A stretch of DNA of 63,234 bases, the filler included, from Octopus bimaculoides (taxonomy: Eukaryota), in assembly GCF_001194135.2 (NCBI RefSeq). It is 5 parts of 5 records of this genome, joined end to end, with 100 filler letters (N's around TTAATTAATTAA, not from the genome) between each part and the next. Parts side by side here need not be neighbours in the genome. Positions count along the whole stretch, not along the records: positions 23,966 to 43,849 come from NC_068998.1; 4 more parts are not named here. One strand, written 5' to 3'. The notes under the pieces are model-generated. The model did no database searches. It saw only the letters and a program-made list of their open reading frames with translations, and was not told the DNA's origin. Positions 23,966-36,550 of the stretch are shown here, piece after piece (the stretch's first letter is position 1; each line of letters begins with the position of its first letter). Both the position numbers and the translations under genes were made by a program.

Positions 23966-26960
23966 AGGCCGTGACTCCTAGGTGTCCTTCTACTGCTTTC
24001 CAAAATCCGGTCTCTAGCAGGATTTGATCCTGGGTCGTTCTTTTGTTCTCAGGTATGTGTTGCAGCCCACCAGGCCACTCTGACTGACAAAGGAACCAGT
24101 TCTCTTCTTGCTTCTATTTCTGTAAATAATCAATGAATCCAATAATCAATCTTTAGCCATTGGTCGTTCTTCTTCACCCATATCCAAATTAAACTCTTTC
24201 TAATTGTGGCAGTTCTGCGGCCTTTGATACCCAACTGCCCGAGTAGTCGCCAGGTTGATTCAGCAACGAATCCTCGTGATTCAACTTCGTCTGGCTTCAC
24301 AGTACATTGGCAACCTTCACTGCCTAGCTGCTTTGCCAGCACTCGTCTACGAGGTTCCCGTATAGTACTGACAATTCAATAATAATCACTTTGGCACCCT
24401 GTTCAGACCATAAGACGATGTCTGGTCAAAAGCTATTCTTGGTGATGAACTCTGGGTAGTTCTTACATTTTTCACCGATGCCTGCATCTATTTCGAAGGA
24501 ATCCTTGCGTCGAAGTAAGTTCCCTCCTGCCACAAATTCGTATCTTCTTATCTTCTTCGCTCCAACCCTTTTCTTTCTTTCTTTCTTTGGTTACAAAGAC
24601 CACTTTTGGTTTTGCTGTGTCCACTACATTTGGTGCCAGATTGAAGTGGTCAGTTCTTCCAGCACTCTGTTTTAGCTCCATGTGTATCTACCTTCAGCAA
24701 TAGCGGTCTTGCAGGAACTCAGGACATCGTTCGTTGACTGGGGTTTGTCCTTGAACAGGGGACATATTCTTCTATGCTCCACTTTACAAGGTTGGTGTTT
24801 CATGGAAGGTCATAAGTCGCTCTCATTATGGAACTCAACCTGAGTGGCGCCATGTTCCACATGTACCATGTGAGAGGCTTTTGCACTGCAGGATCCCGGA
24901 TTGTCCATCGCCCCTGCTGAGATTGTTGGATGGCTTTCACATACATGTTTCTTTCCTCTTCACTTCTAACCTCCTGAATCACAAGAACCCTTTGGATTTT
25001 GCCTGTTGCTTTTGGCCACCACTTCACATTACTATTGCCTAACCCTTGCCTTCCTGTCTGTATAACTCCCATCATCTCTTTGGTTTTCAGATTATTTTCA
25101 GCATCACAAATTGCATCCACAGCTTTCCACTTCCTTCCTGTCTTTAGGTTTGGCTGCACCGATCTAACCATACCATCTTTGGAGACTTTGAGCATCAGTT
25201 GTAGTCTTGTTTTCTCCGCCTTGAACTCTTCGACTAAGTAATTGAGAAGCAGTCTCAGTTTTGCCGTCTTGCAGTAGAGAGCAACATCAGTAGGACTCGA
25301 TAGCAAACCAAGACACTTTCTGGTGTATCTATTTATTTTTGCTTCCACTTCCGAAGTTGCAGTTTCGTACACTAGCAGATGCCATAGTAACATTGGTATC
25401 AACATATGCTGAAGATACCACACCTTTCTCCGGGTGGGGGACGTTTGTCGATCTTAAGTGGACCCTCTATTACCGTTTTGGCTGTTTCCTTCACCTGGCT
25501 GGAGTCTTTCAGTGTATTGTCATACCATCTTCCAAGATTGTGTTCTGGCTACTCCGACAGAGTGAGAATCTTTTGGTGGCCAACTTCGAAGCTAATATCT
25601 TCCTTCATTTTCCCCTCCCTTAGGGAGAGTCTCCGCGATTTCTTGGGGTGAAAGCCATTTTGCACCAGACCATCAACTGGTTCAGATGGTTGAGCCAGAT
25701 TCCGGATTTCTGACTCCTTTGATGCATGTCGTCCACGTAGGCTTTCAAGAGTGGTATCTTACATCCACCGCCACGGTCTGTTGTACTTGCTTTGTTTTCT
25801 ACTGCCCTGAGAAGTACCTGCATCACAATCACGAAGAGTATTGGTGACACAGCACAACCCATCACAATGCCAGCCTCCAGTCTATCCCACGCAGTTGTGT
25901 ATCTCTTGGTGCTGAACCGCATCTGAAGCCCCGAGAAGTAGGAATCAAGCACTTCGTGTATTGCTCCTGGCACATGATACATCTGGAATGCCAGTTGAAT
26001 CATTTGATGAGGCACAGAGACTTACGCATTTGTTAGATCTAACCAGACCACATCAGGGTCAGTCTTATTGTCTCTTGCATTCTGAATAGCTTCCCGTATC
26101 ATACTCCCATGTTCAGGGCATTCAGCTGTCCCTGGCACATCACTCTTCTGAACAGACGTGTCTACATAGCTTCATCGCATGTCGGAGGTTTGTTGTTAAA
26201 TTTCACCCCAGGACGACTTGGCCACACGAATGTTGTATTATGGTCAATTGATTGTAGTAATTTAGTCATACGTATTCTTCATATGAGCTTCTAGCGACTC
26301 TTTCTCAACGTCTAGTACACTTGACTGTAATTTATCATAGAGGATCCTAGCGTATTTGAAGAACCGGTCCGGCTCATTTTTCCCTTCAAATCTCCTTTTC
26401 CTCAAGTATTCTGCTCTGCTGAGGGCGCTGTGCTTCTTGTTGAGATCTTTCCAAATATTCAACAGACCATCCTTCTCTTTGGGACTTGAGTTCTGCAGTT
26501 GTTTCTTCAAGTATTTCTTTCTATATCTTATGGATTCCATATCCCTTTGCCGCCTATTCGTTCTGGTAGGTCGCTTGCTCTTTTCTTTAACATCAAAGTG
26601 CTCTCTGCAAATACGATACATTGTTTCATCGCAAGCCTCTAGTTGCCTATCATACTTCAAGGTATTCAGCTTATTGTATAAAGCCTTGCAGATTTCTTTG
26701 TCAAGTAGCTCCCAGGCCCCCTTCACTGCTCGCTGGAGGGAATTTGATTCTTACTCATTTGCTTCGGTGTCTTCAGCACTGTTGCTTGTAACCTTGCTTT
26801 GGTCTCCTAACGTCTTATCTGCATTTGAATTACGCTATTCATGAGTTACTGTTTTGGTGGCACATTTCATTTTTGTCTGATGAATCTTCCTTCCCTTTTC
26901 AGAAGCAAATTTCCGACCACAGGTACATTAGAAGTCCGGTGTCATTTGTTCTGACAACGT
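23966..26960 (-). mobile_element. Near-complete degenerate HERO-like (R2-group, RLE) non-LTR retrotransposon
   Basis: Minus strand in order: zinc finger CGRKFASEKGRKIHQTKMKC; RT WLDLTNA..VPHQ, GIVMGCAVSPILF, AYVDD; LWHLLVYE, TGRKW, QTGRQGLG; C-terminal LSSCK.A..EGRY.W, RPDIVLWS...IIEL, EVESRGF. Many stops and frameshifts. Confidence 0.85.
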
Positions 26961-27352
26961 AGTCCTCTGTGTTAGGCTTTATCACAGATTCTGAATTCAG
27001 TTTATATAAAAAAACTTATCAAAACTGCTATAATATTTAATAAGTTACTTGAAAATGCGCAATTTGTATCCTTGATGCAAGACAATTCATTCAGCAGCAT
27101 CTCATATGTGAGATACAGATGCAGAAGTCGAAACAATTTTAGTGCATTCGAATAAAGAATCGCGTGAATTCCATTTCTCTCTCTCAGCTATTTATATAAA
27201 CTACACGGACACCAAGGAATTTTTGAAGTAAATCTAGCAGCATATGCTGCACTACTGGTCTTTACATCAGGTAACCAATAATTGTGAACGCACTTTACAT
27301 AGCGTCCTACAAGGTTCATACGGAAAAATTATATTTTTAATTACATTTTGTA

Positions 27353-27434
<82 letters not shown>

Positions 27435-29110
27435 AGAGAGTGAGAGAGTTTTTAATATCCTATAACGTAGAGTGTTAGGAATGTACTTTTTTCGAAACTA
27501 TGACAATATGAGAGATCGTTACTTAGATACAATAATTGTAGTTCATTTTCAAATTTCATGGTTCATAGAAAATAATGATAGGGAGACTACCGTGTTTATT
27601 GAATCTCAGTATAATTTAATAAAACTAACTTTTCGTTTGCATATTTGCAATAAAGATGTCAGCATTAAGATATTAATATTATTTATACTAACATGACAGA
27701 GTTAGCGTGACCAAAACAAGTACGTGGTTATGTAAAAATTAATGACCTCTATACTCCAGTGTTGGAACTGAAATATACGATTCCTACATTTAAAACTTGT
27801 TACAGATAATTTTATCGCTTAGCAAATTACAGTAACATAAATTTTCTGTTTATATTTGTCATACATTGTCAAATTTGATTCGAATACTAAAAACTATAAT
27901 TTTTAGCTAGAAATTAATTAGGCATATAACATTAATTAATTAATTCAGTATTCGGAGGTGGTATATAAATAAATCGAAGTAAATTTAAATAAAATAAAAC
28001 GTACTAAATTAGCAATGACTACGTCATGTAGAGTGTGTCTGTCTCTAGGTGTCAAGTTTTAAACTGAAATCTAACAACCGCGTGCAAATTTGCATCCGAA
28101 CTATTAGAAATTTGAGGAAGATACAGAAAATTAATCGTAGTAGGAGACGAAATCAGAAGTGAATTTCTGCCTTTAATTTTGTAGTACATTAAATTTTGTA
28201 GTAAATAATAGGAGAAGTAGTAATTATTGAATAACAATAGTGGACAATGATAAACAGTGGGCTGTAATGACAGCAGTATACTGTGAGGGAAGGGGTTAGT
28301 AATTTATATAAGGTGGAATGTCGAAACAAGCAAACTACAATTATGTATATATATATATAAAGTGTGTGAGAAAATATGGTTGGTGATTGCACATGGTTAA
28401 ATATACAAGGAAAGAAATAAGATGAAAAACACAGAAGATTAAAAGAGTAAATAAGTGTGGTTGACCTAAATGCGGAACATGTCCCAATCTTTTGGAAGGA
28501 TCAGAATTCCATTTTAAACAAGGGCAAAAATTCAAAATTAAATCTAATTTCATTTGCGCCTCTGAAAACCTCGTTTATATCATAACATACTCGGGTTGTC
28601 ATAAAAACTATACAGGTTCCACAAGAATGTCCCTAACACGTAGATGTACAGCTCACAGACAATAGATCGCTTCCCCCACAATATCGCCAGATACATCTCC
28701 CGGAACACATTCACAGGTGTGCAGAACTGCAACAACAATTCCTAATCTTCCCATTATATCAATGTGCTATTTGTACCACAACACAAGTGCGACTAAATAA
28801 AGAGGCCTCATATATTGAAAGATATTAACTAGAACTGCATGTAAACTCGTATTGAAAATTACAGATTTATCTCCTTTTTAGTGAAAAATTCCTTAGTTAC
28901 CAATTAACCCAACTAACAAACAAAATTTCTCATTTTGAATTGCATGTAACACTCAAAATTCGAAAAGCTTCAGCGAAACAGGTCATTTTGTTGGAAGCAA
29001 AATAATTTTTATTTTGTATAAAATTGTATAGTACTTTGTCATGACGATTAAAATATATTCTTTAGTCTCGTAAAACAAATTTGTGAGTTTTGATCTTATT
29101 TCTTTCCTTG

Positions 29111-29155
<45 letters not shown>

Positions 29156-29157
<2 letters not shown>

Positions 29158-30340
29158 TGAGGAAAAAGTAATCAATGTTTTGAAACATGAAATTCATCAC
29201 AATGTATTTCAACAATGCGCACGTATTTTGTTCATCAAAGTATGTACCATTACAATCAACAAATTTTTGCCAACGAGTTACAAGTTTGTTTATTCCAATA
29301 ACTTAAAAATCTGTAGTTCTGGAACTGATGATCTCTTTGAACGCACTTTCAGAATAGGTTTGAATTTTGAACTCCTTCTCTCGCAGAAAACCATCAGGGT
29401 GCTTGAAAAAGTGGCAAATGGCAGGAGGAATGTCTGCGGATTAAACTTTGTTAGGGAAGAATTTCATAGCCAAGTTCCCTCAACTTTTGGAGCATCATGA
29501 AGAATGATTGGCCCTCTTCTCTTGAAGAGTCTGAGTCAGAGGGGTAGCAGTTTTTCGTTCATTTTGGCAATTTCATGGCAATATGTTTCCGCAGTAATGA
29601 TTTTCCGGGTTTTAAGAGGTTATAGCAAATGAGTCCACCATAGCATTATATTTTTGAAGAGCTGGGCTTTAAGGAGGGTTTTCTGTCCTTCATTTTGGTC
29701 CAACAACCGCGAGACATTTTTGTAGAATCCACTTTTCATCGCAAATTACAATATGGTCCAGAAATGGATCGGTCAGGTTACGGAGAAGCGATGAGAAAAT
29801 TTCATATCTGCGCATTTTCTGATTTTCATACACATCATGTTGTACTCATTTGCCGAGCTTTTGTGATTTTCCTATTGCATGGAAATAGCTCCAGGCAGTT
29901 TTCTGGCTAACCTGAAGTACTTTTGTCGGTTTTCGAGTGGTTTTACATGGACCTTTCTCAATGACAATCTTTAATTGGCTGTCATCGATGACAGATGGGC
30001 ATCTACTATGCTCGCGATCTTCAAGGTTCAGGTCTCCACTGCGAAATTCTTTAAACCATTTTCGAGCTGACCACTCACTGGTCATTTCCTCACCAAACGT
30101 TTCGTTGATATCGAGAGCAGGTTCAGCTATTTTACATCCTTTTCTGAAATCGAATAGCAAAATTGCTCCAATATCGTGCTTTGGCAGTTCTATTTCAGAT
30201 GATTGTAACAATTTATTGATGTACTTGGGCAAGTCTATGTCTGTATTGTCAAACAATTGCAATGCTTAAAAAGTATTCAAAACTCTTCAAAAGTCCGGTA
30301 CAAATTATTCACGGTTCAAAACTTTTTACTCAACCTGATA
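29156..30340 (-). mobile_element. Near full-length degenerate mariner element flanked by TA microsatellites
   Basis: ORF 29846-30262 gives the HTH (SARKWFKEFRSGDLNLEDREHS); further DEKWIL and NKLVTRWQKFVDCNGTYFD pieces; degenerate TIRs at both ends. Confidence 0.9.
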
Positions 30341-30434
30341 TACATATACATACATACATACATACACACATACATACATACATACATACGTACATACATA
30401 CATACATATATACATATATACATATATATCAATA

Positions 30435-30692
30435 AGTATCCGGACTGATGCTATAAAAGCAAAACTACAGCACGTACCAATTTGGCATTTAATCTCCTTC
30501 AAATTAGTCCCCTTCGGAAGCCACACACTTAATCCAGTGCTGTTTCCATAGATGGAAGTATTCCTGGAACTCATTTATGGGATAATCAGAATTAACCTCT
30601 TCGCTTTCACTTTGGTTTCCTCGACGTTTTGAAATCTTCCTTTCAAGCAGGATTCGGTTTTTGGAAAGCGGAAAAATTCGCAAGCGGTGACA
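30435..30692 (-). mobile_element. Second mariner, C-terminal part and 3' end
   Basis: Minus-strand frameshifted FQNVEETKVKAKR...KHWIKCVASEGD; terminal GTATCCGGACTG. Confidence 0.7.
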
Positions 30693-30699
30693 TCATTGT

Positions 30700-31620
30700 T
30701 CATATTCGGTTCATATAAGGTTGTATAAGATATAATGAGCATAAATGGCTGATTTGCGCAGATTTGAAAGTTGTAAGTGGCTTACAGGCTGGATTTACTA
30801 AGTACATGTGCTTTTTGTGGGACAACCGTGCTCGGGAGGAGCATTATATCCGTAATGAATGGCCATTGAGAAATGAATCAGAAATAGGCTCACATCACGT
30901 TATACGTGAACCACTAGTTCCTAAGGATAAAATAATTTTGCCTCCATTGCATATTAAATTAGGTCTTATCAAACAGTTTGTTAAGAAGTTAAATCTAGAA
31001 GAGCCACCATTTTTCTGCTTGAAAACTAAGTTCCCCGAACTAAGCCATGCGAAAATCAAAGAAGGGGTATTTGTCGGTCCCCAAGTTCGCCAACTTTTGA
31101 GAGAGGATAATTTTGAAAACACCTTAAATGTATTGGAACTAAATGCGTGGCAAAGTTTCAGAAACGTCTTTAATGGTCTGCTTGGGAAGCATAGAGCAGC
31201 CAACTATGAAGTACTTGGAGAAAAGTTGATTGATTCGTACAAATCATAACGGTGTAATATATCATTAAAAGTTCACTATTTGCGTTCGCATCTAATTTTA
31301 TTTCCTCAGAATGCAGCAGCCATCAGCGACGAACGAGGTGAGAGATGGAAACTCGATAATAGGGGAAGTGGAGTCTTATCATGCTTACTGACTTTTGTTG
31401 GTTTCTTCAGAGAGGTAGGCCTGATGATATACATAGAAAGAAACATAAATATTGTACGAAAAACAGATTTTCTTCCTTTAATAAAACACGCAAATAATGC
31501 ATTTAATAGTAATAACAGCCCATTTCGCAGAAAACTCGATTTTATATTGTGAAAAAATGTTATTTTCAGAGAAAACGGCCCACACACTAGGAAAAACATA
31601 CCATTTAGTGACGGCCCATT
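30700..31620 (+). mobile_element. CMC-superfamily (Chapaev3-like) transposase relic
   Basis: WLICADLKV, LPPLHIKLGLIKQFVK, FPELSHAKIKEGVFVGPQ, KVHYLRSH (HxxxxH), SDERGE, MLTDFCWFL. Confidence 0.75.
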
Positions 31621-31629
31621 TTATGAAAC

Positions 31630-32170
31630 ACTGGAGTCATTTCATGAAAGACGGAGTTCGTTTTCGTTATCTATGGTTAAAAACTGTTCTAGAAAATGAT
31701 GTTCTCTTCTCTGTAGCAAAATCACTGTTGTACAGGGTAATCAAGGAGATCTTTTGTAGCTGAAACCCGAGTGTCATTTTGTTCAACTGAAAGCAGTTTT
31801 GGCACAAACTTGGCAGACACGCGTCTCATACCTAAATCTTCAGTGATAATGGCCTAAACCGAACTGTAATTAATCTACACATCTTCTGATGACTCACGGA
31901 TGGTGATTCGACGATTTCCCCTCACAGCTGCACGCATATCTGCAATGTTTTTCTCAATTCTACTGGTTGCGAGTCTCCCAGAACGTTTGTGAATATCAAC
32001 ATTTTTTCGCCCATCTTACACATGTGTGCGGCTCATGCACTCCTCTGCATACGCTTTTTGCAACAGTGTGTAGCCCACTGAGCAAGTGTCGCCAAGCTTT
32101 TGGCAAAATTTGAAGCAGATTCTTTGCTCAACTTTCTCTGTCATGATCAATGCGACGATCATACGCTACA
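31630..32170 (-). mobile_element. Second mariner, N-terminal part
   Basis: Minus strand LLQKAYAEECMSRT, RSGR, NRRITIRE, EDLGMRRVSAKFVPKLLSVEQ. Confidence 0.8.
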
Positions 32171-32222
32171 TACGCTCATCCCAAACACTGCTGTAGACGC
32201 TCTAACCACTGAGCCATGCGCC

Positions 32223-32281
<59 letters not shown>

Positions 32282-35199
32282 TCAAACACGTACACATTTA
32301 CACAATTAAAAAGGAAAATAGGATAAAATATATATATAAAATTGAAAATTAAAAGAAGTTAAGACATACGGGAAGCTTGTGCAGAGGTAGCATGTACTTA
32401 CATTTTGGCAGCAAGCCAGTTCGATATAGCCCACGCAACTCGAAGTTAGGTGAGTAACAAGTAATTAAGTAACAAGGATGTCCAGGTATTAATGCATTAC
32501 GGCCGTTTCAAACAGGTCCATTTAATCGATCAATGAAAACATTTCATCAATTTGAAATACACTGCTCTCCTCAGACGCAAATGAACATATAAATTTCCAA
32601 TATAAAAGATAAACCATTATTTAGTACAACTTACAGAACCAGAAAACAAATCACATTATTTCTCTTTGCTATGTTTGTGGCAAAATGAATTTAAGGTAAA
32701 AATCCAAAGCCTACTGTAATTGAGAGCGTAAGAGAGGGAAATAGTGGGAATAAAGAAAAAAGAAATGGTGAATAGTTAATTTATATTTATTTTATCTTTG
32801 TTTTATTTATAAGAATTTATGCATATAGTCTACAACGTTTAAGAGTTAAATCCGTTGGGAGTCGACAATTAAATTCCAATTGATGGTGATAAATTAATTA
32901 ATGTGAGATACATTCGCCGACCCTAGTTTTACTGGGACCATATATTTAACTTTATTTACGTAAAAGGATACGTCTCAGAGCTGCTAGTAGCATAATTCGC
33001 ATGATATAAATAAAAATCACATAAGAGAAATAACTTAGAGAAGCTAGTGTCATGCATTTGCACAGCATAGACAAATACAGATATATCAAATACCATACAA
33101 CATATTTCCCATTTAAAATTACCAGATGGCAACTAAGACCGGCTTCAGTTGGGAATGGGATTTAATCACAAGATACAAGAATTCTTCAAATTTGACACGC
33201 TATTAAGAAAAATGACAGGCCTTCTTTCTGAACACGCGCGCGCACGTATACATACATGCTGCTTGCTTAGTTCCATTTCTTTTTCTTTCTTTTACTAATT
33301 GTCAGTGATTCAGGTGTAACCAACGCCGTTTTTCAGCTTCTCTCCCATCTATCTTCAGTGTTTTGTATTTGATATAAATACAATTCTCTCGTGTTATCCC
33401 TCGATTACAGTATTTAGTGTGACTATAGTATTTAGTGAGAACGTTGAAATCTTCCCGTGGCTATCCTTTTGTTTTGAATGCGTGTGGCCCTTTCAAAATC
33501 GAGACTATCGTAGAAAATAGACAGTACTGGAGACAAAGAAAGCAACCGTCTATTTGTTTGTTTTGTAGTAAGGCCAGAATGAATATGCATGATGCTTTTT
33601 TGTATTATTTTAATATGAAATGTTGATACAATTTTCTCTTTGATCCACCATATACAGACTGCTGAATATCTCTAGAGTCTTTGCTCCAGATATGCTAGAA
33701 GTATAGGCTTGTGAGTTCTACTGTCTCTTTGTTTAAGGACGAGTAAATCTCTTCCAGTTCAATGGGGAATTTGGCATTATCATGCGATAATTTATGAAAG
33801 AATTAATCTAAGCGATTAAGAGTGAGTTTCCTCTACAGATATGTATCACATAGTGTAATTCTATTTGAATGATCTCAAGATCCGCCTCTTCAGACGTTTG
33901 AAAGTTTTGTCATCTTTATGAATTGTGTGGTTAGTCATTAGTTTCCAACTGTCTTACTGTCTTTGAATCTGTTAGAATAATGTTACCTGATTCTGTGATT
34001 ATAGCTTCAATATTGAAGGAATAATAGTGACATCTTTGGAATTGTCTAGCATTGATTTTTTTTTTTTTTATGTAACCCACATTGGGTTACTTCAGCAGGT
34101 CTTAGTGAACACTCTACTGGCTTTGTTATTCCTGCTTGAAAAGCATAATTAGTGACTGTAATATTACTAACAACTACTTGTAAAGTTACATCTGATAAAA
34201 CTACTACAAATATTGATGGTCGCAGTGGTGCTGGCTGCAACATCATTATTTCATACAACCACTTGTCTGCTTTTCACACTACGCCGAGAATACGTAAGCT
34301 GTGGCTTGTTATCAAGTTTGCCAAAAACGCTTTCAGTACTTCGTACGTATACCAATTTTATTGTTGTGTAGCTGTTTTTTTTTTTTTTTTGTATTCAGTT
34401 ATAAAGTGGTAGTAATTGTAATTTTGCATGAAGCACTTTCTGCCTGAGAAGAGATCATTTATCACTGTAAAACTTTCTTCTCAAGAAACAGAATTAGATT
34501 CTCTTTAAAAATTCTTTTCACCATCTTGCTGATATCCGAAATCAGAGAGAGGTATGGGAAGAGTTTTGTATTTTAAGCATCTGCTCGTTTCCCATCATTC
34601 TTTCAGGTAATGTGCGTATTCATCACATTTCAAAGAAGCTTTAAAATGTTAACTGATGTCGCTATAGTAGTGCATTCTTGTCTGATATAGGGGAAAATTG
34701 TTTGGAAACACGAGGGCTAGTTGCTGAGATTAAACTGAATTTATCTATAACAGCTGTCGCTTCACTTTATTTAAGCCGCTGGAATCAATTTGCTGTTACT
34801 TCCTCATGAAAAGTTGCAGAGTTACAGAAGCTTGATAGCGTTCACTAATAACATCTATATCAGTTAGGGTGTGCATTAAATCAGCTTATTCATTCAAACA
34901 ATAGTCCTATGTTTTAATTCAAAAAATAATATTGCTTTGCTAAAGTTACTCAAATATTTGGATTTCGACTTATACTTCTAAAGTTCGACTACTACTTACT
35001 TCTCATGCATTCTCATGTGAACATCTTATTTAAGTCAATGAATACCATGATAGAATACGTTATATTAAATGTGTGCGCGTATATATACACACACACACAC
35101 ATACATAGGCGTGGCTGTGTGGTAAGAAGCGAAAACTATATCAATACGGTGCTCCAGTATGGCCGCAGTCAAATGACTGAAACAAGTAAAAGAATAAAT

Positions 35200-35393
35200 G
35201 AATAAAATGATACAGTTCTATATTTAAGGGATGAAGAATTATATACATTATTTAAATTATTTACAATTGACGGATAGTTGTCCTCATCATGTTCGTTGTT
35301 AACCCACCGTTTCGGCTGATATACCCTCCAGCCTTCATCAGTTGTCTTGGGGAAATTTCGAACCTGGGTTCTGATTCGTAAGGTATTTTTCGA

Positions 35394-35427
<34 letters not shown>

Positions 35428-35469
35428 CAGGTCATTGCCTGGAATCGAACTCGCAATCTTGGGGTTAGC
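35200..35469 (-). mobile_element. tRNA-headed SINE-like element whose 3' part carries a hammerhead core
   Basis: Minus strand: AACCCCAAGATTGCGAGTTCGATTCCAGGC (T-arm/B box), (AAT)n, then GACAA-CTGATGA-A-GGCTG-loop-CAGCC-GAAAC. Confidence 0.7.
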
Positions 35470-36509
35470 TGTGTGTCTGTCTGTCTTTATACCTGTGTTT
35501 GTTCATAACACCACTTGACAAACGATATTGGTGTTCTTACTGGTCCGGAAAAACAGACCAAAAGAGTAAATACCCGGATTTAAAAAAAGAGTACTGCGGT
35601 AGATTTGTTCAACTAAAATTCTTCGAAGCGATATTCCAGCATGGCCGTAGTCTGATGACTAAAACGTGTAAAAGATAAAAGATTTTTATATTTTTAACTG
35701 TAATAATGAGTGCAAAACGTTGGATTGGTACAATGTGTAGAAGCATGAAAAAATGTATTTATACTAGTCTTGTCGTGGCCAGCTTTGCCTTTCAAACTTT
35801 AGATGGTTGATATGTTGTATCGGTGTATCACTGTCCGCACAAATTATGACGTTTCGCATACGTCAATAATCAATCTTATTTTAAAGTGTTAGCAATGAAG
35901 CAGACGTGAAAGGTATATCGGCTCTATCATATTTGATCCAACTGGTGAAAATATCTCTATGCCAGTGTGCTTCTCAATTAATTGTACGCTTTTAATGTGG
36001 GAAAAAACATCAAGAAAAATTCGACAGCAAAGAGACAATATATTGGAAAACAGATAATTAAACATAGAGAAAAGCAAACAGTGATAAACAAATAGACTGG
36101 TAGATAAATAAATAGACGGATTGATAGATGTATAAACATAAATACTAATAGAAAAACAAATATAAAGGAAAGCGAAGTGATATAATAGGAGACAAAGTTT
36201 CATGGGAAACAGGTAGGTTGAGAGAGAGTTGGGGTGGGGGGAAGAGACGGAAAGAGAGAAAGGGAAAGAATGAGACATGAGGGAGAAACCTATGATGGAT
36301 GCAGTCATACTTAGAGAGAAATATTGACATAGAAATATACTGTGACAGCGGCACACGCATACACACACACATACACACGGACACACCACACGTACTTAGA
36401 GAGAAATATTGACATAGACATATACTGTGACTGTGGTACACACACACACACACACACACACACGCATGCAAACACACACACTCTTTCACGCACAGCACAT
36501 ACACGTGTA

Positions 36510-36550
<41 letters not shown>

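Noticed and set aside
33640-34900. Faint resemblance to a hAT-type transposase on the minus strand
   Set aside because: Only scattered 2-3 residue matches; not supportable without a profile search.
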